64,000 nucleotides of DNA from positions 25,097 through 89,096 of the forward strand of contig JBOGSD010000068.1 in assembly GCA_050695215.1 (NCBI GenBank), given 5' to 3'. The DNA is from a bacterium. GTDB taxonomy: Bacteria > Sysuimicrobiota > Sysuimicrobiia > Sysuimicrobiales > Humicultoraceae. The stretch's first letter is position 1; every line of letters starts with the position of its first letter. Below are positions 36,671-47,300 of this stretch, one piece after another. Both the position numbers and the translations under genes were made by a program. The notes below the pieces were generated by a model that made no database searches, was not told the DNA's origin, and worked only from the letters and a program-made list of their open reading frames with translations.

Positions 36671-37359
36671 GAGGGGTCCAGGACCTCGTTCCTCCCCCGC
36701 CGCCGCAGGGTTCCGCCGTTCGGGCCAGGGCCCAACTGCCGCGCGGCCTCCCTGAGGATCGGGGCGATGGTGCTGCCGGAGAATCCCCGCCGCCTGAGGA
36801 GACCGGCCAGGCGGCGCAGGCGAACATCCAGGGTGAGCGCCTGTCCGCGGCTCAGATAGCGCGCCGCCGCGGCGGCCGCCATCTGCTCCTCCTGCTCCGG
36901 TGGCAGCGCCGCGCGCAGCGTCTCCTCGATGATGTCGGAGGCGACGCCCTTGAGGCGGAGCTCGGCCCGCAGCCGGTGCGGCCCTCTGCGGCCCGCGGCG
37001 AGCCGGCCATCGATCCAGAGCCTGGCAAAACGCCGGTCGTCGATCGTCCCGGCCTGAACCAGGTCGGTCAGCACCGCCTCCACGGCGGGGAGGGCGAAGC
37101 CCCGCCTTCGGAGCCGTCCGGTCAGTTCTGCCCGGCTGCGCGGGCGGTAGCGCAGGAGCGCCAGGGCGGCCTCACGGGCACGAGTCTCCTCGTCCAGCGT
37201 GGCGAGGCGTGTGAGGACCAGCGCGTCGATCTCCGTTGCCTCGGTAAGGGCAAGAGGGAGAGCGCGTTCCGCGTCCACCAAGAACCGGCGGCTATCGGCA
37301 AGCGTGACGGCGCGCAAGTGGCCCCCCCGTCCCGCCGGCCGGATTCGTCCGATCTGCAT
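36667..37359 (-). CDS. recX: RecA regulator RecX
   Basis: Triple helical repeat RecX-like sequence immediately downstream of recA. Confidence 0.75.
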   Translation of the reverse strand: MQIGRIRPAGRGGHLRAVTLADSRRFLVDAERALPLALTEATEIDALVLTRLATLDEETRAREAALALLRYRPRSRAELTGRLRRRGFALPAVEAVLTDLVQAGTIDDRRFARLWIDGRLAAGRRGPHRLRAELRLKGVASDIIEETLRAALPPEQEEQMAAAAAARYLSRGQALTLDVRLRRLAGLLRRRGFSGSTIAPILREAARQLGPGPNGGTLRRRGRNEVLDPS

Positions 37360-37362
37360 TGG

Positions 37363-39516
37363 TCAGGCCTTGACCTTGACCGGCGCCTCCTTGACCCCTG
37401 TTGCTTCGCGCTTGCCCTCGGCGCCGTCGCGTGAGCCTGCGCCGTTGCGCCGGGGCAGTCCCAGCGTGTCCCGGGTCCGCGTCTCCAGCTCGCGGGCCAG
37501 CTCGAGATTGCTCTCCAGGAAATCGCGCGCGTTGTCCCGCCCCTGGCCCAGGCGGAGGTCGCCGTAGGAGAACCAGGTGCCGGTGCGGCTGATCAGTCCG
37601 GCGGCGTGCGCCGTGTCGAGCAGGCTGCCGGTCCGGGAAATCCCCTGTCCGTAGAAGATGTCCACCTCGGCGTCGCGGAAGGGCGGGGCGAGCTTATTCT
37701 TCACCACTTTGATCCGCGCCCGCATGCCCTTGATCTCTTCCCCGCTCTTGATGGACTCGATGCGGCGGATCTCCATGCGCACGGAGGAATAGAACTTGAG
37801 GGCGCGGCCGCCAGTGGTGGTTTCCGGCGAGTTGTGGACGACAGCACCGCCGACGAGATAGGTGTGGTTGCCCTCAACCTCCAGATCAAACCGCCGCATG
37901 GAGCGTGTCGGCGGCTTCTTGTAGATCCGGGCGATCCTCGCGGGGACGGCACGGAGATACCGTCGGGCCGAGAGGCGGGTTCCGTTCAAGTGTGCATCAC
38001 TGAGATCGGGCTGCCAGGCATATCGACCGCGCAACGTGGGGTGAAGCTTATAATCCACTGACGGATGGAGATAGGGGGCGATCAATTCATGAAACTTCGC
38101 GGTCTGCTCTGCCGTAAACCAAAACCCCCGGCCGTCATCACGCGGTCGACCCACTCCGAGCCGTTCAAACAGGGCGGCCACCCGTTCCCGGTCAGTGCCC
38201 TGAAGCGACGTGTTGTAAATCGCAGCCTTTCCGTGACCCCAGCGTGCAAAGTGCCCGGCGAAGGATCCGTCGTCGCCGTACCATACGGCCACGCCGCGGG
38301 CATCGAGTTGGTCAAGGACCGTTGCCGCGGCGGTTCGCTGGCCTTCGGCGTACAAACTGGTCCGCAGTTCAGCAAGCGTGGGGAATGCGAGTGTTTCAAA
38401 TCCCTGTCCATTGCCCCTGGGACCGAAGTCCTGCGAGAACGGTTCCAGCATCCAGTGCTTCCATCTCGCATATGCGGTTTGTGCTTCCCCATGGCCCACC
38501 CGGAAGGACGCCGCCTGGGTACTCACCTGCCGGAGCGCTCCGTCACCCAGCGTCCCGCCCAGGATGAGCTGCAATTGATCCTCGGTCAGACGGTAGTCTT
38601 CGACTGAAGCCAATACCTCGTCACCTTCGCGGAGCTCACCCGCGGGAACTTCTCCCCGGGGCGTGAATATCATGTGGTTGGGAGTAACGCCAAATCGGCG
38701 CCGGCCCGACGGACCCCCTTCGATCTCGAATTGGAGGAAATGCTCGGCGTTCCCATTGTCGAACCAATTCACGACGCGGCGCGGCTGCAGCCTCCCGGTC
38801 GCGGCATCGTAACTGAGCACCTCGACGGGTATCCGCTGGTTGACGATCTTGCCGATCTTCATTCTGCTTCCGTCAGCGAGCACGACGCGAGCATTGTAGT
38901 GGAAGCAGCCAAACATGACCCCGATCTTCTCTCGGATCTGGTTGATGAAGATCACGGTGGTGTGGGACTTGCTGATCGTCCCCACCAGTTTGCGCAGCGC
39001 CTGGGACATCAGCCGGGCGTGCAGGCCGACGTGGGCGTCGCCCATCTCCCCTTCCAGTTCAGCCCGCGGCACCAGCGCGGCGACCGAGTCGATGACGATG
39101 ACGTCCACCGCGCCGCTGCGCACGAGCATCTCCGCGATCTCGAGGGCCTGCTCGCCGCTGTCGGGCTGGGAGAGCAACAGGCCATCGATGTCTACCCCCA
39201 CGGCCCGGGCGTAGTTGGGGTCGAGGGCGTGCTCGGCGTCGATGAAGGCGGCGACGCCGCCGTCGCGCTGCGCCTCGGCGATGATGTGGTAGCCCAGCGT
39301 GGTCTTCCCGGAGGCTTCGGGCCCGTAGATCTCCACGACCCGCCCCCGGGGGACGCCGCCCACCCCCAGGGCCGCGTCCAGGGCCACCGAGCCTGTCGAA
39401 ATCACTTCCACCTGTAATTTGGCAGAGGCTTCGCCCAGCCTCATGATGGAGCCCTTGCCGAACTGCTTCTCGATCTGGGTCAAAGCGAGCTCCAACGCTC
39501 GCTGGCGCTCATTCAT
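37363..39516 (-). CDS. recA: Recombinase RecA precursor containing an in-frame intein (717 aa; exteins 203+155 aa)
   Basis: Exteins align with RecA: Walker [10 protein letters not shown], ...[10 protein letters not shown] | [14 protein letters not shown].... A 359-aa insertion begins with Cys and ends with HN followed by Ser. Confidence 0.92.
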   Translation of the reverse strand: MNERQRALELALTQIEKQFGKGSIMRLGEASAKLQVEVISTGSVALDAALGVGGVPRGRVVEIYGPEASGKTTLGYHIIAEAQRDGGVAAFIDAEHALDPNYARAVGVDIDGLLLSQPDSGEQALEIAEMLVRSGAVDVIVIDSVAALVPRAELEGEMGDAHVGLHARLMSQALRKLVGTISKSHTTVIFINQIREKIGVMFGCFHYNARVVLADGSRMKIGKIVNQRIPVEVLSYDAATGRLQPRRVVNWFDNGNAEHFLQFEIEGGPSGRRRFGVTPNHMIFTPRGEVPAGELREGDEVLASVEDYRLTEDQLQLILGGTLGDGALRQVSTQAASFRVGHGEAQTAYARWKHWMLEPFSQDFGPRGNGQGFETLAFPTLAELRTSLYAEGQRTAAATVLDQLDARGVAVWYGDDGSFAGHFARWGHGKAAIYNTSLQGTDRERVAALFERLGVGRPRDDGRGFWFTAEQTAKFHELIAPYLHPSVDYKLHPTLRGRYAWQPDLSDAHLNGTRLSARRYLRAVPARIARIYKKPPTRSMRRFDLEVEGNHTYLVGGAVVHNSPETTTGGRALKFYSSVRMEIRRIESIKSGEEIKGMRARIKVVKNKLAPPFRDAEVDIFYGQGISRTGSLLDTAHAAGLISRTGTWFSYGDLRLGQGRDNARDFLESNLELARELETRTRDTLGLPRRNGAGSRDGAEGKREATGVKEAPVKVKA
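37831..38907 (-). mobile_element. RecA intein (RecA-b insertion site) with LAGLIDADG-type homing endonuclease domain
   Basis: N-terminal splice junction G|[15 protein letters not shown]-terminal block [14 protein letters not shown]|S. Two LAGLIDADG-like motifs ([23 protein letters not shown]). Confidence 0.85.
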
Positions 39517-39586
39517 GCCGCGATTCCTCCCTCAGTCACGCCGCCCCGCCCGGCCGCATCGTCCATTTGAGATGCCGCCACAGTAC

Positions 39587-39600
39587 CAAACAAATGTTCG
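39587..39600 (-). promoter_or_regulatory. Candidate LexA (SOS) box CGAACATTTGTTTG upstream of recA
   Basis: Same CGAAC-N4-GTTTG form and the same orientation relative to the gene as the lexA box. Lies about 70 nt upstream of the recA ATG. Confidence 0.5.
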
Positions 39601-39705
39601 CATGTCAACTCTGCAAAACCCTCTGCTCCGGCCGATATTGAGGAGGGGCGTCCGGCAGCACATCGCATCAAATCCTGGGGTGATCGGCCGATCCCCGCAC
39701 CAGAT

Positions 39706-40314
39706 CTAGCGGTGCTCCTCAGGAGGATTCAAGGCGACGCCCAGTGGAACCTCCTGGAGGCTGGTGTATCTGGCGCCTTTTGGATGGAGGTGGCTCTCCA
39801 TGATCGCCAACGAGTCCACCGACTGCGCGCCCACCGGGACATCCTTAAATCCACTGAGCGCGCGGACGATCTCCCCCCAGCGGCGCTGGTGCTTCAGGCG
39901 GGTGATGGTGAGGTGGGCCACATACGGTCGTTTCTCACGCGGGAAGCGGTGGCGGGCGAGGGCGTCATCCAGGCGGGCCGAGATCACGGCCAGGTGCTCG
40001 CTTCCTTCGTGCACACCGATCCAGATGACCTGGGGCCGCGCCAGAGAGGGAAACGCTCCCACCCCCCGGAGGACCAGGCGGAAAGGCGATGCCGAGGCGG
40101 CGGCCTCGCGGGTGGCCAGACGGACCTGCGCCAGCTGCGCGGGGGAGATCTCCCCGAGGAAGCGCACGGTGAAGTGCAGGCTCTCCGGCGAAATCCACCG
40201 CAGCGGGGCGCCGGCTTGCCGCAGGCGCTCCTCCAGGCGGACGATCTCGTCGCGCAGCGCGCCGGCGAGGTGCACGGCGATGAAGATGCGGTGCCGCTGC
40301 CCTGAGACGCCCAT
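39706..40314 (-). CDS. thpR: RNA 2',3'-cyclic phosphodiesterase (ThpR/LigT, 2H family)
   Basis: Two H-x-T-x motifs (HFTVRF, HLTITR). Start set at the internal ATG at 40314; the upstream Arg/Gly/Pro-rich part of the ORF-track ORF is rejected. Confidence 0.7.
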   Translation of the reverse strand: MGVSGQRHRIFIAVHLAGALRDEIVRLEERLRQAGAPLRWISPESLHFTVRFLGEISPAQLAQVRLATREAAASASPFRLVLRGVGAFPSLARPQVIWIGVHEGSEHLAVISARLDDALARHRFPREKRPYVAHLTITRLKHQRRWGEIVRALSGFKDVPVGAQSVDSLAIMESHLHPKGARYTSLQEVPLGVALNPPEEHR

Positions 40315-40319
40315 GCCGC

Positions 40320-41558
40320 TCAGGAACGCAGCAGGCGGAGGCGGATCAGATCCAGGGCGGCCTGGCTGGCCAGAAAGCGGATCCCGCGGCGGCCGGGCTG
40401 TTTGCCGAATCGCCACGCCCGGCTGTGCACCCCTTCCCGGTCCGCCAGGGCGATAAAGACCAATCCCACCGGCTTCTCGGCGCTGCCACCAGCGGGCCCG
40501 GCGACCCCCGTGATGCCGAGGGCCAGGTCGCTGTCTGCCCGTTCGCGCGCGCCTCGCGCCATCGCCTCGGCCACGGCCGCGCTCACCGCCCCCTGGCGAT
40601 CGAGGAGGTCGGGAGAGACGCCGAGCAATGCCGTCTTGGCCGCGTTGCTGTAGGCGACTGCGCCGAACCGGAAGTAGGCCGAACTGCCGGGGAGGGCGGT
40701 CAACCGGTCGGCGGTCAGGCCGCCCGTGCACGATTCCCCCACAGCCACGGTCATCCCGTGCTCCAGGAGGAGCCGTCCGGCGACGACTTCGAGGGTGTCA
40801 TCGTCGACGCCAAAGATGAGGTTCCCCAGCCGCTCACGGACAGCGGCCTCGCCGGCGGCCAGCTGGGCCTCCACCTCGGCCGGCGGCCCCTTGGCCGTCA
40901 GACGGAGGTGCACCTCACCCAATTTCGCGTACGGTGCGATGGTTGGAGCGGGCAGCCGGAGCACATCCTTGATCCGCTCCTCCACGGCGGATTCGCCGAG
41001 CCCGGTGACCCTGAGGACGCGCGAGCGGATCACCGTCTCTCCCGTACGGGCGCGGAGCCAGGGCACGAGGAAGTCCTCCACCATGCCCTCCATCTCCCCG
41101 GGGACCCCCGGCATCATGACGATCGTGGACCCGCCAAGGGCCACCACCACTCCGGGAGCGGTGCCGCGCCGGTTCGGGATGATCTGCGCGCCGCTGGGAA
41201 TGAGCGCCTGTTTGTACACCGACTCTGGCGCAGGCCGCCCCCGCAGCGCGAAGAAGTCTCGGATCGAAGCGGCCACGGTCTCGTCACGCATGAGGGGCAG
41301 TCCGAGCGCCGCCGCGACGGTGGCCACCGTGAGGTCGTCCTCCGTCGGGCCCAGGCCGCCGGTGATGACGATCAGCTCAGCGCGGCCGAGGGCCAGGCGC
41401 ACGACTTCAGTCAGGCGGGCCGCGTTATCCCCAACGGTCTGTTTGAAGAAGAGATCGGCACCGGCGGAGGCGAGCACCCGGGCCAGGTAGGCGGCGTTGC
41501 TGTCGGTGATCTGACCGAGGAGGAGCTCGGTCCCAACCGAGAGGAGCTCGGCGCGCAC
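40320..41558 (-). CDS. cinA: CinA (competence/damage-inducible protein A; NMN deamidase domain)
   Basis: N-terminal MoCF-binding domain (LLSVGTELLLGQITDSN) and C-terminal CinA domain. Confidence 0.85.
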   Translation of the reverse strand: MRAELLSVGTELLLGQITDSNAAYLARVLASAGADLFFKQTVGDNAARLTEVVRLALGRAELIVITGGLGPTEDDLTVATVAAALGLPLMRDETVAASIRDFFALRGRPAPESVYKQALIPSGAQIIPNRRGTAPGVVVALGGSTIVMMPGVPGEMEGMVEDFLVPWLRARTGETVIRSRVLRVTGLGESAVEERIKDVLRLPAPTIAPYAKLGEVHLRLTAKGPPAEVEAQLAAGEAAVRERLGNLIFGVDDDTLEVVAGRLLLEHGMTVAVGESCTGGLTADRLTALPGSSAYFRFGAVAYSNAAKTALLGVSPDLLDRQGAVSAAVAEAMARGARERADSDLALGITGVAGPAGGSAEKPVGLVFIALADREGVHSRAWRFGKQPGRRGIRFLASQAALDLIRLRLLRS

Positions 41559-41561
41559 GCG

Positions 41562-42356
41562 TTAGGGTTCCTCGGGCGACTCGGGGAAGCGCAGCGTGAC
41601 GACCTGGCGGGGACGCCCAGGAGTGCCCAGGTCACGACCGTTGACGGTCAGTTCCACCACCCCGGCGTTGCCGATCCTGATCTCCAATGCCCGCGCCGCG
41701 GTCCATGTCCCGGCGTCGCCTGCATAGACGGTGCCCTGGAAGATCCGTTCCCCGTCCACGATGACACGGAGCCAGGAGGTGCCGGTCGCCGTGAGGACGA
41801 GCGTAATCCCCTCCCCCCCTGGCCCCGGAGGAGAGGGCACAGCGCCCGCCGGCGGTGGCGTCATGGCCGGCGGCTGGACGGGAGGTGGGGACGCGGGCGG
41901 CGTGGCCGGCGAGAAGGCCGCCGGGGGCGAGGGGGCGGCGCGGGGATCCGTCCGCACGAAACTCCGGACGTTGAGGTAGAGGACCACGGCGAGCGCGATG
42001 ACAACCGGGATCAGGATCCAGAGGGCCACCGTCACGATGCGGCGCAGCCGCGAGGGCGGCGCCGGGGGCTCGAGCGGAATTTCTGCCGCCTCTCTGAGAG
42101 GCGGCGGCGCCGCCGGGGGGATGCGGGACTCAAAGAGGGCCAGCACCGTCTCCGAGTCGAGGCTTAGGGCCAACGCGTAGGCGCGGACGAACCCCTTGGC
42201 ATAGGGCCGCGGCGGCAGGTCGGCGTAGCGTTCCTCTTCCAGCGCCGCCAGAAAGAGGGCGCGGATCTTGGTCAGCCGCTCGGCCTGCGCGAGGGAGAGC
42301 CCACGCGCCTCGCGGGCGGCGCGCAGCGTGGCGCCAAGTCCCGGACTCTCGTCCAC
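41562..42356 (-). CDS. RodZ-like protein (HTH-XRE, TM helix, Pro-rich linker, DUF4115)
   Basis: N-terminal HTH (LGATLRAAREARGLSLAQAE), single TM, Pro-rich segment and C-terminal beta domain. Confidence 0.65.
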   Translation of the reverse strand: MDESPGLGATLRAAREARGLSLAQAERLTKIRALFLAALEEERYADLPPRPYAKGFVRAYALALSLDSETVLALFESRIPPAAPPPLREAAEIPLEPPAPPSRLRRIVTVALWILIPVVIALAVVLYLNVRSFVRTDPRAAPSPPAAFSPATPPASPPPVQPPAMTPPPAGAVPSPPGPGGEGITLVLTATGTSWLRVIVDGERIFQGTVYAGDAGTWTAARALEIRIGNAGVVELTVNGRDLGTPGRPRQVVTLRFPESPEEP

Positions 42357-42435
42357 GATGAACTTCCTTTTATCTGGAAGGCGGGTCTTCCTCTACCGAG
42401 GGGATCGACCCGGATACCGGGAGAAGCCGTGCGCG

Positions 42436-43368
42436 TTAGGCGGGAAGCCGCTCCTCCGTCAGCGCCACCGCGATCTGGGCCCCCAGCGCGGCGTTCGCTT
42501 CCAGCAATGCCAGGTTGGCCTCGACGGCCAGGCCGCCGGTCAGACGATCCACCTCTCCCAACAGGTAGGGCGTCAGGTCCCCGCCCCGGATGCCCTCGGT
42601 CTCGGCGCGCGCGATGGCGCGGCCCACTGCGTCGGCCACCGCCGCCGGATCGAGCGCGACGCCGGGCGGCGGAGGATTGGCGATTACCAGCGCGCTGGGA
42701 TCGCCCAGCCGTTCCTTGGCCCGGGCGATGGCGGCGATCTCGGCCGGTGTTTCCACCGTCCACGGCGCGGCGTAACCACTGTCGGCGATGTAGAAGAGGG
42801 GAAAGCGAGTGGTGCGATACCCGGCCACCGTGACCCCCCGGCTCTCCAGCGCTTCGAGCGTCGCCCCCGCGTCACAGATCGCCTTGGCACCCGAGCAGAC
42901 CAGCACCAGCGGCCGGCGGCTCAGTTCGTCCAGGTCGGCCGAGACGTCCCAGGTCCGCTCCGCGCCGATATGCACCCCCCCGATCCCACCAGTCGCCTGC
43001 ACGCGAATGCCGAGGGCGTGGGCGACAGCCAGCGTGGCCGAGACGGTGGTGCCGCCGCTGCTGGATCGGGCGATCGCCACCGCGAGATCGCGCCGGGCGA
43101 CCTTCGCCACGCCGGGGGCGGCCAGGTGCGCGAGATCATCAGCGGAGAGGCCCACGCGGACCCTGCCCTCTACCAGCGCCACGACCGCGGGGACCGCCCC
43201 TCCCTCCCTGACGGCTCGCTCGGTGCGCCGCGCTGCCTCCAGAGTGGCCGGATAGGGCAGGCCGTGGGTGATCACGGAGGATTCCAGGGCCACGACCGGC
43301 CCCCCCAGGCCGAGGCTGATCTGGATCTCGTCGCTGACGTCTAGCGGGATGGGCATCTGGGGCCTCAT
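42436..43368 (-). CDS. psuG: Pseudouridine-5'-phosphate glycosidase
   Basis: PVVALESSVITHGLPYP and downstream Mn-site motifs. Start chosen at an internal ATG preceded by GGGAG. Confidence 0.8.
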   Translation of the reverse strand: MRPQMPIPLDVSDEIQISLGLGGPVVALESSVITHGLPYPATLEAARRTERAVREGGAVPAVVALVEGRVRVGLSADDLAHLAAPGVAKVARRDLAVAIARSSSGGTTVSATLAVAHALGIRVQATGGIGGVHIGAERTWDVSADLDELSRRPLVLVCSGAKAICDAGATLEALESRGVTVAGYRTTRFPLFYIADSGYAAPWTVETPAEIAAIARAKERLGDPSALVIANPPPPGVALDPAAVADAVGRAIARAETEGIRGGDLTPYLLGEVDRLTGGLAVEANLALLEANAALGAQIAVALTEERLPA

Positions 43369-43435
43369 CCGGGCACGCTCCCGTCGCTCAAGTCCCCCCA
43401 GGTTCGCATAGCGAAACCCTGGGGGGGTACCCCAA

Positions 43436-44305
43436 CTACGTACCACTCCATACAGTTCCCACTTCCGGGGGCACATTCCCCCAGGTCGCGATGGTCATCG
43501 CGGCGGCCTCAGCGCCGGCGGCGAGGACGCGCTCAGGGGCACTCCCCGCGGCGAGGCCGTAGATGACGGCAGCGGCCGCGACATCCCCCGCCCCGGTCGC
43601 GTCCACGAACGCATCGGGAGTACGCGCGGGGTGGGCCATCCACTTCTCGACGAGCAACCCCAGGCCCCTCGGTCCTTCGGTGAGCAACACGTGAGCCGGC
43701 CCCAGCGCCTGGACTGCACGGGCAAGTGGTTCCCCGCCGGGCGGAGCGGCCACCCCCACCAGCACGGCGGCTTCGGCGGCGGTCAGGCAGATCAGCCATG
43801 TCCGCGGCAGCAGCTCACGCAACCGTGCCACCTTTGCCGGGGAAGTGCCGATTAACGCGATCCGTTCCGCCGGAGCGGCGAGGGCGGCGAGCACCGGTTC
43901 GAGGAGGTTGGCGTCGAGGACGAGCAACGGAGCCGGCCCCTCCGCGGACCCCGGCCATGACCGCGGATCAACGGATTCGATGATGGCGGTATCAGCGATG
44001 CCCGCGCCGTTGACCATCACGTACAGGCCGGTCTGACCCGGCCGGCGCAGGACGCCCGTGCAATCGACGCCGCCCGCGGCGGTGGCCGCGATCACCCAGT
44101 CCCCCCAGGCGTCCTGTCCCACGGCGGAGAGCAGACGAACCTCCGCACCCATGCGGGCCAGCGCCTCGGCGGCATTGCGCGCGACGCCGCCGGGGCAGAG
44201 GCGGATCCGACCCGGCGTCGAGACGCCCCCGCCGGGCGGGAGGCTGCTCCGCACTTTGATATCGACGTTGGCGGCGCCGGCGACGACGGCGGCGGGCGGC
44301 CTCAC
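43436..44305 (-). CDS. psuK: PfkB-family carbohydrate kinase (pseudouridine kinase-like)
   Basis: AANVDI N-terminal motif and DTTGAGD-like C-terminal motif (DATGAGD). Start set at GTG 44305; the longer ORF would overlap the divergent plus-strand gene. Confidence 0.7.
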   Translation of the reverse strand: MRPPAAVVAGAANVDIKVRSSLPPGGGVSTPGRIRLCPGGVARNAAEALARMGAEVRLLSAVGQDAWGDWVIAATAAGGVDCTGVLRRPGQTGLYVMVNGAGIADTAIIESVDPRSWPGSAEGPAPLLVLDANLLEPVLAALAAPAERIALIGTSPAKVARLRELLPRTWLICLTAAEAAVLVGVAAPPGGEPLARAVQALGPAHVLLTEGPRGLGLLVEKWMAHPARTPDAFVDATGAGDVAAAAVIYGLAAGSAPERVLAAGAEAAAMTIATWGNVPPEVGTVWSGT

Positions 44306-44360
44306 GACCGGAGGGGTTCCCTTCCGCCTTTGCGAATCCCCTTTGAGATCGGACGTCACG

Positions 44361-47300
44361 ATGCTCACCGACACGCGTCCCTGCTGGAACTGCAGCCAGC
44401 CCAATCCTCCCGGGGCCCGGTTCTGCGCGAATTGCGGCAAGCCGCAGCAGGAGGTCTGCCCGGAGTGCGGCGCGGCGGTGGCGGAAGGCGCCCGCTTCTG
44501 CGCCAACTGCGGCATTCCGCTGACGTCCTCCGCCGACCGCCCCACCGGCGGGGGGCCGGTCCTCACGGCGGAAGCGCGCAAAGTCGTCACCGTCCTCTTC
44601 GCCGACCTGGCCGACTCCACGCCGCTGACCGAGCAGCTCGACCCCGACGATGCCCGGACGGTCGTGGGGAAGTTCTACACCGTGGTGCAGCACGCCGTCG
44701 AGCGCTTCGACGGCACGGTGGCCAATCTGATCGGAGACGAGGTGCTGTCCGTCTTCGGTCTCCCCGTGACCCACGAGGACGATCCGAAGCGCGCCGTGCG
44801 CGCTGGGATGGCCATCCGGGACGCGATGCCGGTCCTCAACGAGCACCTGGTCCAGACGCATGGCGTTCGGCTGGCGGTGCGGATCGGCGTCAACACCGGC
44901 GAGGTGGTGGCCGCCTCGGGCTCGACCTTCGACCGGGACTTTCTCATCGCCGATGCCGTCACGACCGGAGCGCGTATCATGCAGCATGTCGCCCCGGGCG
45001 CCGTCGTCGTGGGGGAACGGACCTACCGCGCCACCAGCGACGCGATAGAATACCACCCCTTGCCCCCGTTGACGGTGAAAGGCAAGTCCGCGCCTCTGAC
45101 GGTCTGGACGGCGGTAGCCTCGCTCCCCGAGGCGCCGGAAGCGCGGCGGATGGCCGCCCCACTGATCGGCCGGCACGGCGAACTGGGCCTCCTGCGCCAC
45201 CTCTATCAGCGCAGTCGGGAAGACCGGCTGGTGCAAATCGTGACGATCTTCGGACAGGCCGGGGTAGGCAAGTCGCGACTCCTGCGCGAGTTCCTGGCGG
45301 AGGTGCGCGACGGCGATCCGATGCCGCTGGTCCTGCGCGGCCGCGGCGTGGCCTTCGGCGGGCAGATCGGGTATCACGCTCTCTTGGAGATCCTCCGCGT
45401 CCAGGCCGGTTTGATGGACACCGACAGCCCCGAGACTGTGCGGAGGAAACTCGGCGAGTGGTTGGCCGGGATCCTTCCCGAGCGAGCGGACCTGCTCGAG
45501 CACCTGCTGCTCACATTCGGAGGCGTGGATGGAGCGAGCCCCGATCCCGAGCACATGCGGCGCGCCCTTTTTGACGCCTGGGAGGAGTTGTTGACGGGCC
45601 TCGCCGCCGAGCGCCCCGTGATCGTGGCGCTGGAGGACCTGCATTGGGCCGATGACGGCGTGCTGGATCTGATCGGGGCCATGGTGGAGCGCATCGCGGA
45701 GGCGCCGCTCTTCGTCGCCTGTCTGGCCCGGCCGGATCTGCTGGACCGGCGGCCCACCTGGGGCGGCGGGAGCCGCAACGCCATCGCGTTCGACCTGAAG
45801 CCGCTCCGTCCCGATGAAACAGAGGCGCTGGTCTTGGCCCTTGGCAGCGGGGGACTGGCGCCGGAGATGCGCCGGCGGGTGGCCCAGCGCGCCGAGGGCA
45901 ACCCCCTCTTCGTCGAGGAACTCCTCCGCATGCTCATGGAGGGCAGCGGGCCGGGAGGCGCGATCCCGGACAGCGTCCAGGCCGTGCTCACGGCCCGGAT
46001 CGACCGATTACCCGCCGATGAGCGCCAGACGCTGCAGGCCGCCTCGGTGCTGGGGCGGGCCTTCTGGCCCTCCGCCGCGGGGTCCCTCGCCGGCCTGGAC
46101 GACGGCGCCGTTCGGTCGGCGATCGCGGGGTTGATCGCCAAGGAACTGGTCGTCGCCCGGCCGCGCTCGGCGATCGCGGGGGAACTGGAGTACGCCTTCC
46201 GGCACATCCTCACGCGTGACGTGGCGTACGGGCTCCTCCCCAAGGCGCAGCGGCAGCGCGCCCACGCCGAGGCCGCCCGCTGGTTGGAGCGCACGCTCGG
46301 GGAGCGCGTCGAGGACGTGGTCGATATCCTCGGCGAGCACGCCCGCGCCGCCGGCGATGACGCCCGCGCCGCCGGCTACCTGCACCGCGCCGCCAACAAG
46401 GCTCGGCGGTTGTACGCGAACGAGGATGCGGTCCGCCTCTTCGAGCAGGCGCTGGAAGCGGCGACGCGCGCCGGCCTCGATCCGCTCGACGTGGCGGAGA
46501 TCATCCGCGACCGCGGCGAGGTCCATCAACTGCGCGGCAGCTATCCCGAAGCCCTCGCCGATTTCGAGCGGGCCCTCGCCCTTGTGCGACAGGCCGGCGA
46601 CCGCAGACTGGAGGCGCATCTGGAGCAGCGCGTCGGCTTCATCCATCATCGCGAATTGCGGCTGGCCCAGGCTGAGGAGCACTTTTCTCGGGCGGTCGCC
46701 CTGGCGCGTGAGGTCGGAGACCGCAGCACCCTCGGACTCGCCCTCCTCGATCTCGCGAACGTGGGCTGGGATCGGGGAGAGGCCGTTCTCGACGACTCTC
46801 GGCTGCCGGAGGGCATCGCGCTCCTGCGCCAGACGGGGGACCTCTCCGGCGTCGCCCGCGGGTTGAACCTGCTGGCCATGGGACACTTCTCTGCGGCGAA
46901 CGGGACGGAGGCCATTACCGCGGTCGAGGAGGCGTTCGCCGCCGCGCGGCAGGGCGGCGACAAATCCAAGGAGGCCACCAGTCTCAGTTATCTGTCTGTC
47001 ATCCACGCCTACTGGGGACGCTACCCGGAGGCGCTGCGCTACGGGGAGGAGGCCTACGCGCTGGCGGAATCGATCGGCGACCGCCGGCGCATGGGCTTCG
47101 CGGTGAGTTTCATCGCTCCCGTCCTCCGGGCGCTGGGCCGGTGGGGCGAAGCGATCCGTCGTTCGGAAGAGATCGTCCAGATGCTGCGGGCATCCGCCAA
47201 GATTCATCTCCCCTTCGCCCTGATGTACCTGGCTCAGGCCATGTACGAGATAGGAGACATCCAGCGGACGCGCGCCCTCCTCGCCGAGGCGCTTCAACTC

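Noticed and set aside
40315-40731. N-terminal 139 aa of the 341-aa ORF upstream of thpR.
   Set aside because: Arg/Gly/Pro-rich low complexity overlapping cinA. The 2H phosphoesterase domain begins at the internal ATG at 40314.
44306-44620. Apparent PQLAQKRAP / PQFAQNRAP peptide repeat at the N-terminus of the long psuK ORF.
   Set aside because: It is the antisense reading of the duplicated Zn-ribbon (FCANCG) codons of the divergent plus-strand cyclase gene. The kinase start is set at GTG 44305.
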